NCBI GenBank assembly: GCA_025056305.1
Contig: JANWWJ010000010.1
Span: forward strand, 3,094-67,093
DNA: 64,000 bases
DNA from: Chitinophagales bacterium
GTDB taxonomy: Bacteria; Bacteroidota; Bacteroidia; Chitinophagales; UBA10324
Reading direction: 5' to 3'
A program made the position numbers and the translations under genes. Positions within the stretch are counted from its first letter, which is position 1; each line of letters opens with the position of its first letter. Positions 8,560 to 17,275 of this stretch are shown in pieces. Under the pieces are notes generated by a model. That model saw only the letters and a list, made by a program, of their open reading frames with translations, ran no database searches and had not been told where the DNA came from.

Positions 8560-11133
8560 ATGAGGCTTGAGGCTAAGGACAAAACGGCCTGGGGCTGGTT
8601 GCTGATCTTGACGGTCGCGTGCTTAGGGCAGGGTTGTCAGTCCACGCGTCAAGGGACAGCTCAGGTCGAAACCCCCATGAGCGACGCAACGAACGGGGGG
8701 GCAACGGCGGTGGTCCGCGAGACCTTCACTATCGTCAATCAGCTGGTGCACACCGAGCTTGACGTTGTGCCCGATTGGCAGCGTGAGGAATTAGAAGGAA
8801 AAGCACGACTCACACTACATCCGCATTTTTATCCTACCGATTCGCTCACTTTAGATGCAAAGGGTTTTTTGATTCATCGGGTGGCTTTAATCACGCCCTC
8901 AGGCATGCAGGATTTGACTTATGCTTACGACTCGATGTACTTACGGATAAAGTTAGATCGCATGTATCAGCGCACCGATACATACACCGTTTTTATTCAT
9001 TATACGGCACGACCCAATCGCCTACCTCAGGGAGGTGGAGGTGCCATTCTTGCGGAAAAGGGGCTTTATTTCATCAATGCCGATGGCAGCGATCCTTACC
9101 TGCCTCGTCAGTTGTGGACACAAGGAGAAACAGAGTTTAGCTCGGCCTGGTTTCCAACCATCGATAAGCCTAACATAAAAACCACGTTGAAGCTTTCGGT
9201 TACCTACGACTCCGCTCTGGTAAGCCTCAGCAATGGTTTGCTCGTTAGCCGGCACAACCACAGCGATGGAACCCGCACCGATACATGGCAACTGATGCAG
9301 CCGTTTGCACCGTATTTGGTAACGTTGGTGGTAGGACCCTATGTGGTGGTCACCGACGAGTGGCGGGGGAAGGAAGTAAGCTATTATGTCGAAGAGGCAT
9401 ATGCCCCTTATGCTCGCGACATTTTTGGAAGAACCACACGCATGCTGGATTTTTTTTCCGATCGGCTGGGTGTGCCCTACCCCTGGCCCAAATACTCGCA
9501 GGTGGTGGTGCGCAATTTTGTTTCAGGGGCGATGGAAAACGTTACGGCCACCACGCATGGGAGCTTTCTGCATCAAACGCGCCGTGAGCTGATTGACGGA
9601 AACAACGACGACATCATTGCCCATGAATTATTTCATCATTGGTTTGGCAATCTGGTCACCACCGAATCGTGGTCACATTTGAGCATCAACGAATCGTTTG
9701 CCACTTACGGCGAATACCTGTGGAATGAACATTATCTGGGTGCTGATGCTGCTGACCTGGGTCTGTACAACGACCTTAAACGTTACCTGTCGCGGCACGA
9801 TAATTACCGAAAACCGGTAGTTCGTTATCAATACGATAATCCCAATGACATGTTTGATGCAGTCAGTTATTCTAAGGGTGGGTGTATTCTGCATCTGCTG
9901 CGTCATGAAGTTGGCGATGAAGCTTTCTTCGCTGCGCTGCGTTTGTTTTTGCAGCGGCATGCTTATAGCACTGCTGAAATTGATGACTTGCGGTTGGCTT
10001 TCGAAGCAGTTACCGGCCGCGATCTGAACGTGTTTTTCAATCAATGGTTTTTTGCAGCGGGTCATCCGGAGCTGTTAATTACACCTACGTGGAATGCCAG
10101 TAGCGGGCAGGTATGGGTAACCGTGGAACAGTTGCAGCAACCTCAAACCGGCTTGCCCGTTTATCGCTTACCCTTGACGGTGGATGTTTACTTGCCCGAT
10201 ACGGTGTTGCGCTTTCGGGCTGTGGTGCAACAACGGAACCAGCAGTTGGTATTTCCCTGCCCCCAACGCCCTGAGCTGATTAATGTCGATGCCGAAAAAG
10301 TTTTGGTAGGTGTAAAGACAATTGTAATGCCCGACTCGGCATTTGCTGTTTTGTACCGCCGTGGACCGAAATTCTTGGACCGTCTGGAAGCCATAGAGCA
10401 TTTTGCCCGTAAAGAGAACCCCCTGGCTCAGGAAGTGTTGACCGAAGCCCTGAACGACCGCTTCTGGTTTTTAAGGCTGAAGGCGGTGGATGCTTTGGCT
10501 GCAACGGCCGACACCGGCTTGCGTTCGAAGCTGCGTTTGATGGCCGTCACCGACCCGCACCCGCACGTGCGGCAGGCTGCGTTACAGGCTGTGGCATCTT
10601 GGCAGCAACGCCACGATAAGGCGCTTATAGAATTTGCCCTCAGCGACAGCTCGTATGCGGTGGTGGCCACGGCTCTTAACCTGTTGGCCGACCGCGATGC
10701 TGCTGGCGCCTACCGCTTCGCCACGGCGTTAGAGACGGAACCGTCGGCTCAGCTGCGGGGCGTCGTGTTCGAGGTATATGCCCGGCACGCAGGTCCGGAA
10801 AAAATCAACTGGCTTACGGCTTCGTTGCTTTCTGCAGATCGATATTACAAATATTCACTCATTTCTTTATATGAAAAATTTCTGCTGCGTCATACTGCAG
10901 ACAGCGCTGTGCTCTTGACCGGCATCTCGGCCCTGGGCCGGTTGACTGCTCAGCAGGAGTTGGTGTTTATTCGTTATGCGGCAGTGTCGGCATTAGTCAC
11001 GCTGCAAAAAGAGCTGGAGCAGAAAGCAGGCCGCGCAGTCCCGCCCACAGTAGCCCATGCCTTGCACGAGCGCCTCACCGCTATTGGGGAGCAGGAAAAA
11101 GACTTTCGTATCTTGAGGCTACTGTCTAAATAG
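8560..11133 (+). CDS. M1-family zinc aminopeptidase (aminopeptidase N-like) with C-terminal HEAT-like repeats; probable lipoprotein
   Basis: GAMEN motif (SGAMENVTA) and HELFHHWFGNLVT...NESFATY (HEXXH-18-E). Start moved to ATG 8560 (MRLEAKDKTAWGWLLILTVACLGQGC lipobox-like). Helical Ala/Leu-rich repeats at the C-terminus. Confidence 0.9.
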   Translation: MRLEAKDKTAWGWLLILTVACLGQGCQSTRQGTAQVETPMSDATNGGATAVVRETFTIVNQLVHTELDVVPDWQREELEGKARLTLHPHFYPTDSLTLDAKGFLIHRVALITPSGMQDLTYAYDSMYLRIKLDRMYQRTDTYTVFIHYTARPNRLPQGGGGAILAEKGLYFINADGSDPYLPRQLWTQGETEFSSAWFPTIDKPNIKTTLKLSVTYDSALVSLSNGLLVSRHNHSDGTRTDTWQLMQPFAPYLVTLVVGPYVVVTDEWRGKEVSYYVEEAYAPYARDIFGRTTRMLDFFSDRLGVPYPWPKYSQVVVRNFVSGAMENVTATTHGSFLHQTRRELIDGNNDDIIAHELFHHWFGNLVTTESWSHLSINESFATYGEYLWNEHYLGADAADLGLYNDLKRYLSRHDNYRKPVVRYQYDNPNDMFDAVSYSKGGCILHLLRHEVGDEAFFAALRLFLQRHAYSTAEIDDLRLAFEAVTGRDLNVFFNQWFFAAGHPELLITPTWNASSGQVWVTVEQLQQPQTGLPVYRLPLTVDVYLPDTVLRFRAVVQQRNQQLVFPCPQRPELINVDAEKVLVGVKTIVMPDSAFAVLYRRGPKFLDRLEAIEHFARKENPLAQEVLTEALNDRFWFLRLKAVDALAATADTGLRSKLRLMAVTDPHPHVRQAALQAVASWQQRHDKALIEFALSDSSYAVVATALNLLADRDAAGAYRFATALETEPSAQLRGVVFEVYARHAGPEKINWLTASLLSADRYYKYSLISLYEKFLLRHTADSAVLLTGISALGRLTAQQELVFIRYAAVSALVTLQKELEQKAGRAVPPTVAHALHERLTAIGEQEKDFRILRLLSK

Positions 11134-11139
11134 CAGTCC

Positions 11140-11697
11140 ATGGCCATCATCCGTTCAGTTCGGGGTAAAACCCCGGTTTTTGGCAGGAATGTGTTCCTGG
11201 CCGACACAGCTGTTATCGTCGGCGATGTGATCATGGGAGATGATTGCTCGGTATGGTTTCATGCCGTGGTGCGTGGCGATGTGCACTACATCCGCATTGG
11301 AAACCGCGTCAACATACAAGATCATGCCGTCATCCATTGCACCCACGAAAAGGCTTATACCGTCATCGGCAACAACGTTTCGATCGGGCACCGTGCTATC
11401 GTTCACGGCTGCACAGTGGAAGATAATGTTGTAATTGGTATGGGTGCTATCGTCATGGATCACGTCATTATAGAAAAGAATTCACTGATTGCCGCCGGTG
11501 CTGTCGTCCTGGAGCACACTCGGGTAGAAGAGGGCAGTATTTACGCCGGGGTGCCGGCGCGCAAGGTGAAAGCACTCAGTGCGGCGGAGTTTGAGCAAAT
11601 TAATCTGCGTATTGCAGCCAATTATGTTCTTTATGCTGGCTGGTATCAGCAGGAAAACACGCGTCCGGCTGAACGCGAGCGCAGAAGTGAACTATAA
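11140..11697 (+). CDS. Gamma-carbonic-anhydrase-like left-handed beta-helix (hexapeptide repeat) protein
   Basis: 185 aa. Hexapeptide repeats with the pattern VWFHAVVRGDVHYIRIGNRVNIQDHAVIH, typical of the YrdA/PaaY/gamma-CA family. Confidence 0.85.
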   Translation: MAIIRSVRGKTPVFGRNVFLADTAVIVGDVIMGDDCSVWFHAVVRGDVHYIRIGNRVNIQDHAVIHCTHEKAYTVIGNNVSIGHRAIVHGCTVEDNVVIGMGAIVMDHVIIEKNSLIAAGAVVLEHTRVEEGSIYAGVPARKVKALSAAEFEQINLRIAANYVLYAGWYQQENTRPAERERRSEL

Positions 11698-12879
11698 TCT
11701 TGAGTAGATATAACCGCTCAATAAGGCCAAGGCCACCAGCAGAGATACATGCATGCGGCTGTATTGCAGCAACAGAAAAGTTGCCACCATCACAAAAATG
11801 TTTACGGTGCGAAATTCCATGCTGGTGTATAGGACTACAGCTGCCGACAGGATGAGGCCGGCAGCGGCGGCGTTGATGCCTTCTAACGAACGTCGGGCCA
11901 CCATCGAATGTTTGACCAATTGCCAGATAGGGTAAACGAAAAAAGCCACCAACGTACCGGGCAGGAAGATAGCTAGCGTGGCCAGCAAGCCTCCGGCCAG
12001 CAGGGCCGGTAACCCTTCTTCTTTCATGATCATGCCACCGACAAAAGTGGCGAACGAAAATGTTGGGCCCGGCATGGCCTGACTGATGGCAAGACCGCTC
12101 AAAAAATCGCCGGCATCCAGATAGTGACGGTGTTGTACGAACTGTTCAAACATCTGCGGAACCAACACGCTGCCTCCGCCAAAAGTGAGCATGCCGAATC
12201 GGAAAAAATTTTCAAACAACACCAGGTAACGTGCTTTGGTAAACAGCGCCAGAAAGCCGGTAAGGGCAAAAGCTGCTACTAAAATCAGCAAACTTATATA
12301 TGAGGATTTCCAATTTATTGTTGCGGGAGCAGCAGCCTCTGAAGTTGTGGTACTGGTCAGGTTGGTGACAAATGCAGCCCCGAGAATGATGAGTGGAAAA
12401 GTCCACGGCGTAGGAAACGAGGCTGCAGTCAGCAACGAAAGCAACATCAGCATCATAGCCGTATTGTTGCGCACAAAGCGCAAAGCCAGCTGATAACCCG
12501 AATGGGCAATAATGCCAATTGCCATAGGCTGAATGAGCAGAAGAAAATCGGTAGCTACCGACCGCATTTCCCAGCGGGCAAACAACAGGGCCAACAGCAA
12601 CATGAACACCGTGGCTGGCAAGATCCAAACCAATAAAGCCAACAAGGCAACCACCGTGTTCCAGCGTTTTTGACTGAGCACTATTAAAATCTGGGTGGAC
12701 GAAGGGCCCGGCAGCAACTGACACAAAGCCTGGGTTTCCATCAGTTCGTCTTCACTGAAATATCGACGACGACGCACCAAAACCTGATGCATCAGGGCCA
12801 AATGAGCCTGTGGTCCTCCGAAGCTGGTTAGCGCCAGCCCAAAAATGTCGCGCAGGTAAATCAACACCCGCGGACTCAT
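11692..12879 (-). CDS. chrA: Chromate ion transporter (CHR family)
   Basis: Two CHR half-domains, each with a signature (SFGGPQAHLALM and LTFGGGSVLVPQM). Polytopic membrane protein of 395 aa. Confidence 0.85.
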   Translation of the reverse strand: MSPRVLIYLRDIFGLALTSFGGPQAHLALMHQVLVRRRRYFSEDELMETQALCQLLPGPSSTQILIVLSQKRWNTVVALLALLVWILPATVFMLLLALLFARWEMRSVATDFLLLIQPMAIGIIAHSGYQLALRFVRNNTAMMLMLLSLLTAASFPTPWTFPLIILGAAFVTNLTSTTTSEAAAPATINWKSSYISLLILVAAFALTGFLALFTKARYLVLFENFFRFGMLTFGGGSVLVPQMFEQFVQHRHYLDAGDFLSGLAISQAMPGPTFSFATFVGGMIMKEEGLPALLAGGLLATLAIFLPGTLVAFFVYPIWQLVKHSMVARRSLEGINAAAAGLILSAAVVLYTSMEFRTVNIFVMVATFLLLQYSRMHVSLLVALALLSGYIYSRL

Positions 12880-12880
12880 A

Positions 12881-13837
12881 TCAGGCCTTTGCCGGCTTGA
12901 GCCCGATTTCTACAAGACGTTCGTTGAGGTATTCGCCAGCAGTGATAGGTTCATAACGCCGCGGATTTTCCAAAGAGATGCAGGAGCCTAAGCAGTCGAG
13001 GCGCATGTCGCTGCGCGGATGCAGGAAGAAAGGAATGCTGTAACGTGAGGTGTGCCACAATTCAGGCGGTGGGTTCACTACCCGGTGGGTGGTGGAACGC
13101 AGCCTGTTGTTGGTGAGCCGCTGCAACATATCGCCCACATTCACTACAATCTGACCGGGCAAGGCTGTCACAGGCACCCAGTTTCCCTCGACGGTAAGGA
13201 TTTCCAATCCCTCGGCTGAAGCCCCCACCAATAAGGTGATCAGGTTTATGTCTTCATGCTGCTCGGCACGCAAAGCGGAACCCGGATCGGAGGTGATGGG
13301 TGGATAATGAATTGCTCGAAGAATGCTGTTGCCGTTGTGCACTTTCTTTTCAAAATAATTTTCGGGCAACTCCAAGTACAATGCTATGGCACGCAGCAGA
13401 TGATTGCCAGCGATTTCAAAGCTGCGGAATGCATTAACCATGACTTCGTTAAAGCCCGGCAATTCCTCTACCCACACATTGTCCGGATATTCGGCCTTGA
13501 TGGGATCGCCATCGGTGACCGTTTGTCCAAACTGAAAAAATTCCTTCAGGTCAGGCACGGTGGTGTGTTTGGCGTGCTCCCGGCCAAAAGGCACATAGCC
13601 GCGCTGGCCATTGAGCTCTTTGCGTTCGTATTTGAGTTTTATTTCTAAGGGCAAAGAGAAAAATGCTTTGACTTCGCGATAGAGGTCTTCAATGAGCCGC
13701 TCGCTGATGCCGTGATTGCGAACGATTACAAAACCTACTTCGTGATACGCATCACCCAGTTCTTTGACGAAACGACGCTTTTTTTCTACATGGCCAGAGA
13801 GAAAGTCGTTCAAGTCAATGATGGGAACGTAACTCAT
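12881..13837 (-). CDS. 2-oxoglutarate/Fe(II)-dependent oxygenase (isopenicillin N synthase-like family)
   Basis: HxD...H facial triad context EQHEDINLITLL and STTHRVVNP, RxS motif SRYSIPFF, N-terminal DIOX_N-like region. Confidence 0.85.
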   Translation of the reverse strand: MSYVPIIDLNDFLSGHVEKKRRFVKELGDAYHEVGFVIVRNHGISERLIEDLYREVKAFFSLPLEIKLKYERKELNGQRGYVPFGREHAKHTTVPDLKEFFQFGQTVTDGDPIKAEYPDNVWVEELPGFNEVMVNAFRSFEIAGNHLLRAIALYLELPENYFEKKVHNGNSILRAIHYPPITSDPGSALRAEQHEDINLITLLVGASAEGLEILTVEGNWVPVTALPGQIVVNVGDMLQRLTNNRLRSTTHRVVNPPPELWHTSRYSIPFFLHPRSDMRLDCLGSCISLENPRRYEPITAGEYLNERLVEIGLKPAKA

Positions 13838-13878
13838 GTTGGCTGCGTTTGTCTTGGATTAAAAATAAACACAGAAGT

Positions 13879-14277
13879 TCAATGTGGCGCTTGCTCGCTG
13901 ACCCACAACACCGTGTCACAGCGACCATCGCGAACGTTGTGTGGGGTAAGCGGCACCCAACTGTTGCCCGTCACCGAATCCTGGACCAACTTATCCCAAC
14001 CTATGGCATAGAGGTAGTAGTCGCCATAAAAAAGGCTGTCGAACAAACAAAAGCCGGCGGCATTGGTCAATGCGCTGTCGTCATACGCGACGGGATTGCG
14101 GCCGGGCCATTGCGTGGCATTGCGTTTCAAATACACTTTACAACCGCCAACCGGCCAGGTGTGATGCACCACGTGTACCTGCAGTTTGAAATTGGGAACC
14201 ACGACTTGGTTGCTTGGGGTCTCGCAAGCGGTCATGGCGGTCAGCAGCGCCAGAGCCCAAGCAAAACCTTGCTTCAT
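13879..14277 (-). CDS. Hypothetical lipoprotein
   Basis: 132 aa. Lipobox LALLTAMTAC. Co-directional with its neighbours. No family recognised. Confidence 0.55.
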   Translation of the reverse strand: MKQGFAWALALLTAMTACETPSNQVVVPNFKLQVHVVHHTWPVGGCKVYLKRNATQWPGRNPVAYDDSALTNAAGFCLFDSLFYGDYYLYAIGWDKLVQDSVTGNSWVPLTPHNVRDGRCDTVLWVSEQAPH

Positions 14278-14351
14278 GATGCTGCAAAGCTAAGGCATCA
14301 CTTCTGTAGGCCGAAGGTAAAGGCATGGCCCGGGCTAATTGAAGCCATTGG

Positions 14352-15359
14352 TTAACGCGGTTTGTATGCAGCGCCGTCGAGGATTTTTTGCGCATCTTGC
14401 TCTTCCATTAACTGGGACAGCGTGACATTAGGATTTTTCTTCATATAAGCAGAAACGATGCGCCAACCTACCCACGTCCCGATGTTGCCGGGCGCTTCCG
14501 GTGGCATTCCCGAAGTATTTGGACCATCGGTGACAAACTTGAGGTATTCCAGTAAATCGTGTTCGTAAAGCAAGTCATGATCCAAGAAAAATTTCCAGAT
14601 CAGCGGTTCGTTGCGGCGGCACCACTCCAGATCGGCCTGCCGGAATTCGGTTATGATTGAGTCGGGCAGATGCGGCAATACCCGCGACTTGACATAGAGC
14701 ACTTTCCCGTTGTAAATCATGGCATCGAGCAGCCGGCGTCCGAAAGGGGAAAACGGATAGAGTTGCGTGATCCAAACATGTGAGCAGTGGGAAAGCATAT
14801 ACTCTGGGCGAAAGCGCCGCAACAAATAGCGTGGAATGTCGCGGTGGCGGTAAAAGCGGGAATGAGGGCCCAGGTAATCGTCCAGGCTGATGCACAACAA
14901 GGTGTCGCCATATGTAAAGGCTGAACGGCCCGGCCCGTTGATCAAGGTGACAATGGCCGGTACGGGCGTTGTTGGAAAATAAAAACGGAAATACTGCATC
15001 ATGCGATGCAGTTGCTGCTGCGTGGCTTTCAGGTCTGGAAATTGTCTTTGAACGCTATCGTATAGGCTACGCAACAAGGTGTCCGACACATAATGCAGTA
15101 TGCTATCGGGCCACCCTGCCGTTGTGTCGTTGAGCCCGAATTCTTCAAAATAAAACCAGAAAAAATCAGAATATTTTTTTGCCAGCTGATGTACCTCTTG
15201 CCTGTCGGGGTTGTTGGCAAGGGAAAACAAATCTTGTTCAAAACGAAACAAGGGCAAATGAACCTGGATGTGATCGACCCGCGGGGGCCGGTCGCGCCGG
15301 CAAGAGGAAATGACGCCAATCAACAACAAAGTCGCTATCGAAAGCAGCAGCTGCTTCAT
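14352..15359 (-). CDS. gldB: Gliding motility lipoprotein GldB-like
   Basis: Start moved to ATG 15359 (MKQLLLSIATLLLIGVISSC lipobox). Segments RFEQDLF, LLCISLDDYLG, MIYNGKVLYVK, LEWCRRNE, GNIGTWVGWRIVSAYMKKNPNVTLSQLM and a terminal AYKPR match my recollection of the GldB family. Its start overlaps the upstream gene stop by ATGA. Confidence 0.65.
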   Translation of the reverse strand: MKQLLLSIATLLLIGVISSCRRDRPPRVDHIQVHLPLFRFEQDLFSLANNPDRQEVHQLAKKYSDFFWFYFEEFGLNDTTAGWPDSILHYVSDTLLRSLYDSVQRQFPDLKATQQQLHRMMQYFRFYFPTTPVPAIVTLINGPGRSAFTYGDTLLCISLDDYLGPHSRFYRHRDIPRYLLRRFRPEYMLSHCSHVWITQLYPFSPFGRRLLDAMIYNGKVLYVKSRVLPHLPDSIITEFRQADLEWCRRNEPLIWKFFLDHDLLYEHDLLEYLKFVTDGPNTSGMPPEAPGNIGTWVGWRIVSAYMKKNPNVTLSQLMEEQDAQKILDGAAYKPR

Positions 15360-16135
15360 TGCCCCTGAAAATGCGGGCGTCTTTTTTCTAAAAATGCCTG
15401 AACACCCTCTTGGTGGTCGCTGGTGCGGCTGGCTATTTCCTGACACCAGGTTTCGTAATGCATCATGCTTTCCAGATCTGATTGAAATGAGCGATTCAGC
15501 ATTCGCTTGATCAGGCCGAGGGCTTTCGTAGGGGCTTGAGCATAATAGGACACGTGCCTTTGCACCGCCTCATCCAGCTGGTCTTGAGGGACCACTTCAT
15601 TAACCAGACCTAATTGCTGCGCTTCACGAGCTGACACTTTGCGGCCCGTGGCGGCCAACTCAAAAGCACGTTGCAAGCCTACCAGGCGGGGCAGAAAAAA
15701 TGAGGAACCTGAGTCAGGAACCAAGGCGATATTGACAAAAACTTGGATGAGTGAAGCCTCTTCACCAGCAATGATGACATCGCAAGCCAAGGCCAGCGAA
15801 CAACCGGCGCCGGCAGCTACGCCATTAAGCCGACAAAGTACAGGCTTGGACATCTGGCGCACCTGCCGGATCAGTGGGATATAGCCATCATTTAAAACTT
15901 GACGATATATGTCGGGCGACTGATTTTTCACTTCCTGAAGATCCTGCCCGCTGCTGAAAGCTTTTCCTTCACCAGTTAATACCACCACGCGCACCTGAGG
16001 TTCGGCTTCGGCTTGCTGTAGTGCTTTAAGCAGTTCTCGGCGCATGAGCTGGTTGAAAGCATTATATACCGTGGGCCGGTTAAGGCTAATGGTGAGGACC
16101 GCCCCTTCTTGCCGTAAAATCAAAGTTTCGAACAT
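15356..16135 (-). CDS. Enoyl-CoA hydratase/isomerase (crotonase) family protein
   Basis: 259 aa. VVVLTGEGKAFSSGQDL and NGVAAGAGCSLALACD are crotonase oxyanion-hole motifs. Confidence 0.9.
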   Translation of the reverse strand: MFETLILRQEGAVLTISLNRPTVYNAFNQLMRRELLKALQQAEAEPQVRVVVLTGEGKAFSSGQDLQEVKNQSPDIYRQVLNDGYIPLIRQVRQMSKPVLCRLNGVAAGAGCSLALACDVIIAGEEASLIQVFVNIALVPDSGSSFFLPRLVGLQRAFELAATGRKVSAREAQQLGLVNEVVPQDQLDEAVQRHVSYYAQAPTKALGLIKRMLNRSFQSDLESMMHYETWCQEIASRTSDHQEGVQAFLEKRRPHFQGQ

Positions 16136-16182
16136 GAGTTGAGCATTCTACAAAACTATGGATACGCAAATTGCACAAGCCC

Positions 16183-17208
16183 TTAAGTCGCCACACCTAC
16201 CTTTTTTCGGGCCAGTATAGAAAAGTCGCTGTCTTCGCGTACAATGGTATTAACCAAGGTCCCCAGGGCGGTAACCTCAAGTTCTACGACATCCCCTTCT
16301 TGCAGCCACTGTTCCACATGATTCGGGTTCATGCGTTTGGCGGTTCCATTAAGTTCCAGGAAACAGCCCGTCCCTACCGTACCACTGCCGATGATGTCGC
16401 CTGGAAAAATGTCGGTACCATAAGCGCAACGCTCAAGGATTTCTGCAAATGTCCAGTCCATATCACTGAGGTTACCGGAAGAAACTTGGACACCGTTTAC
16501 ACGACATGTCATGTGCAGGTTGTAGGCATTGCCTACATGACCCGGTTTGCAGGGGACTAAAAACTCTGATAACTCGTCGGTGGTTACCAGCATAGGTCCA
16601 AAAGCAGTGGCAAAGTCTTTTCCCTTTGCGGGGCCAAGGTTGAGTTTCATTTCTTCCATCTGCAAACGTCGGGCGCTGAAATCGTTCATAATCATCAACC
16701 CGCCGATATAGGCATCGGCTTCTTCGGCACGGATGTTGCGCCCGCGCCTGCAGACGGCAATAGCTACCTCGAGTTCAAAGTCCAGTTGCTCAAAGTGGTC
16801 GGGCATGCAGCGAATCGGACCCGGGCCGTAAACGGCGTTGTGATTGGTGAAGTAGAACACGGGAAACTGATCGAACTCGGCAATCATCTCTAAGCCGCGG
16901 TTGCGGCGGGCAGCAGACACGTGCTGGCGAAAGGCGTAGGCGTCGCGACACGAAGTCGGCTGTGGCACCGGCGCTAACAGATGCAATTGATCCAGCACCT
17001 TGGGCTTCAGGTGAGTGACCTTTCCTTCCTGAATCAACCGATTGTACTCACGAGCAAGATCAATTACATCGTCCCATGCATACAAAAACAACTGCATATT
17101 TCCGGGCAGGCGCCAATCTAAGGCATGCATGTCGTAAGCCATTCCTTCATGCACAATGGCCAGATGATCCTGCTCGTCGTGTTCATCTCGGTAACTGATC
17201 AGTTTCAT
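16183..17208 (-). CDS. Fumarylacetoacetate hydrolase (FAH) family protein
   Basis: 341 aa. C-terminal FAH fold motifs FELEVAIAV, NDFSARRLQ, GDIIGSGTVGTGCFLE. Confidence 0.85.
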   Translation of the reverse strand: MKLISYRDEHDEQDHLAIVHEGMAYDMHALDWRLPGNMQLFLYAWDDVIDLAREYNRLIQEGKVTHLKPKVLDQLHLLAPVPQPTSCRDAYAFRQHVSAARRNRGLEMIAEFDQFPVFYFTNHNAVYGPGPIRCMPDHFEQLDFELEVAIAVCRRGRNIRAEEADAYIGGLMIMNDFSARRLQMEEMKLNLGPAKGKDFATAFGPMLVTTDELSEFLVPCKPGHVGNAYNLHMTCRVNGVQVSSGNLSDMDWTFAEILERCAYGTDIFPGDIIGSGTVGTGCFLELNGTAKRMNPNHVEQWLQEGDVVELEVTALGTLVNTIVREDSDFSILARKKVGVAT

Positions 17209-17275
17209 GACTCAAAGATGCTCTGTGTTTTTGAAATACGACAAGACAGCGGCTGCAAGGAAATCAGCCTAACTT

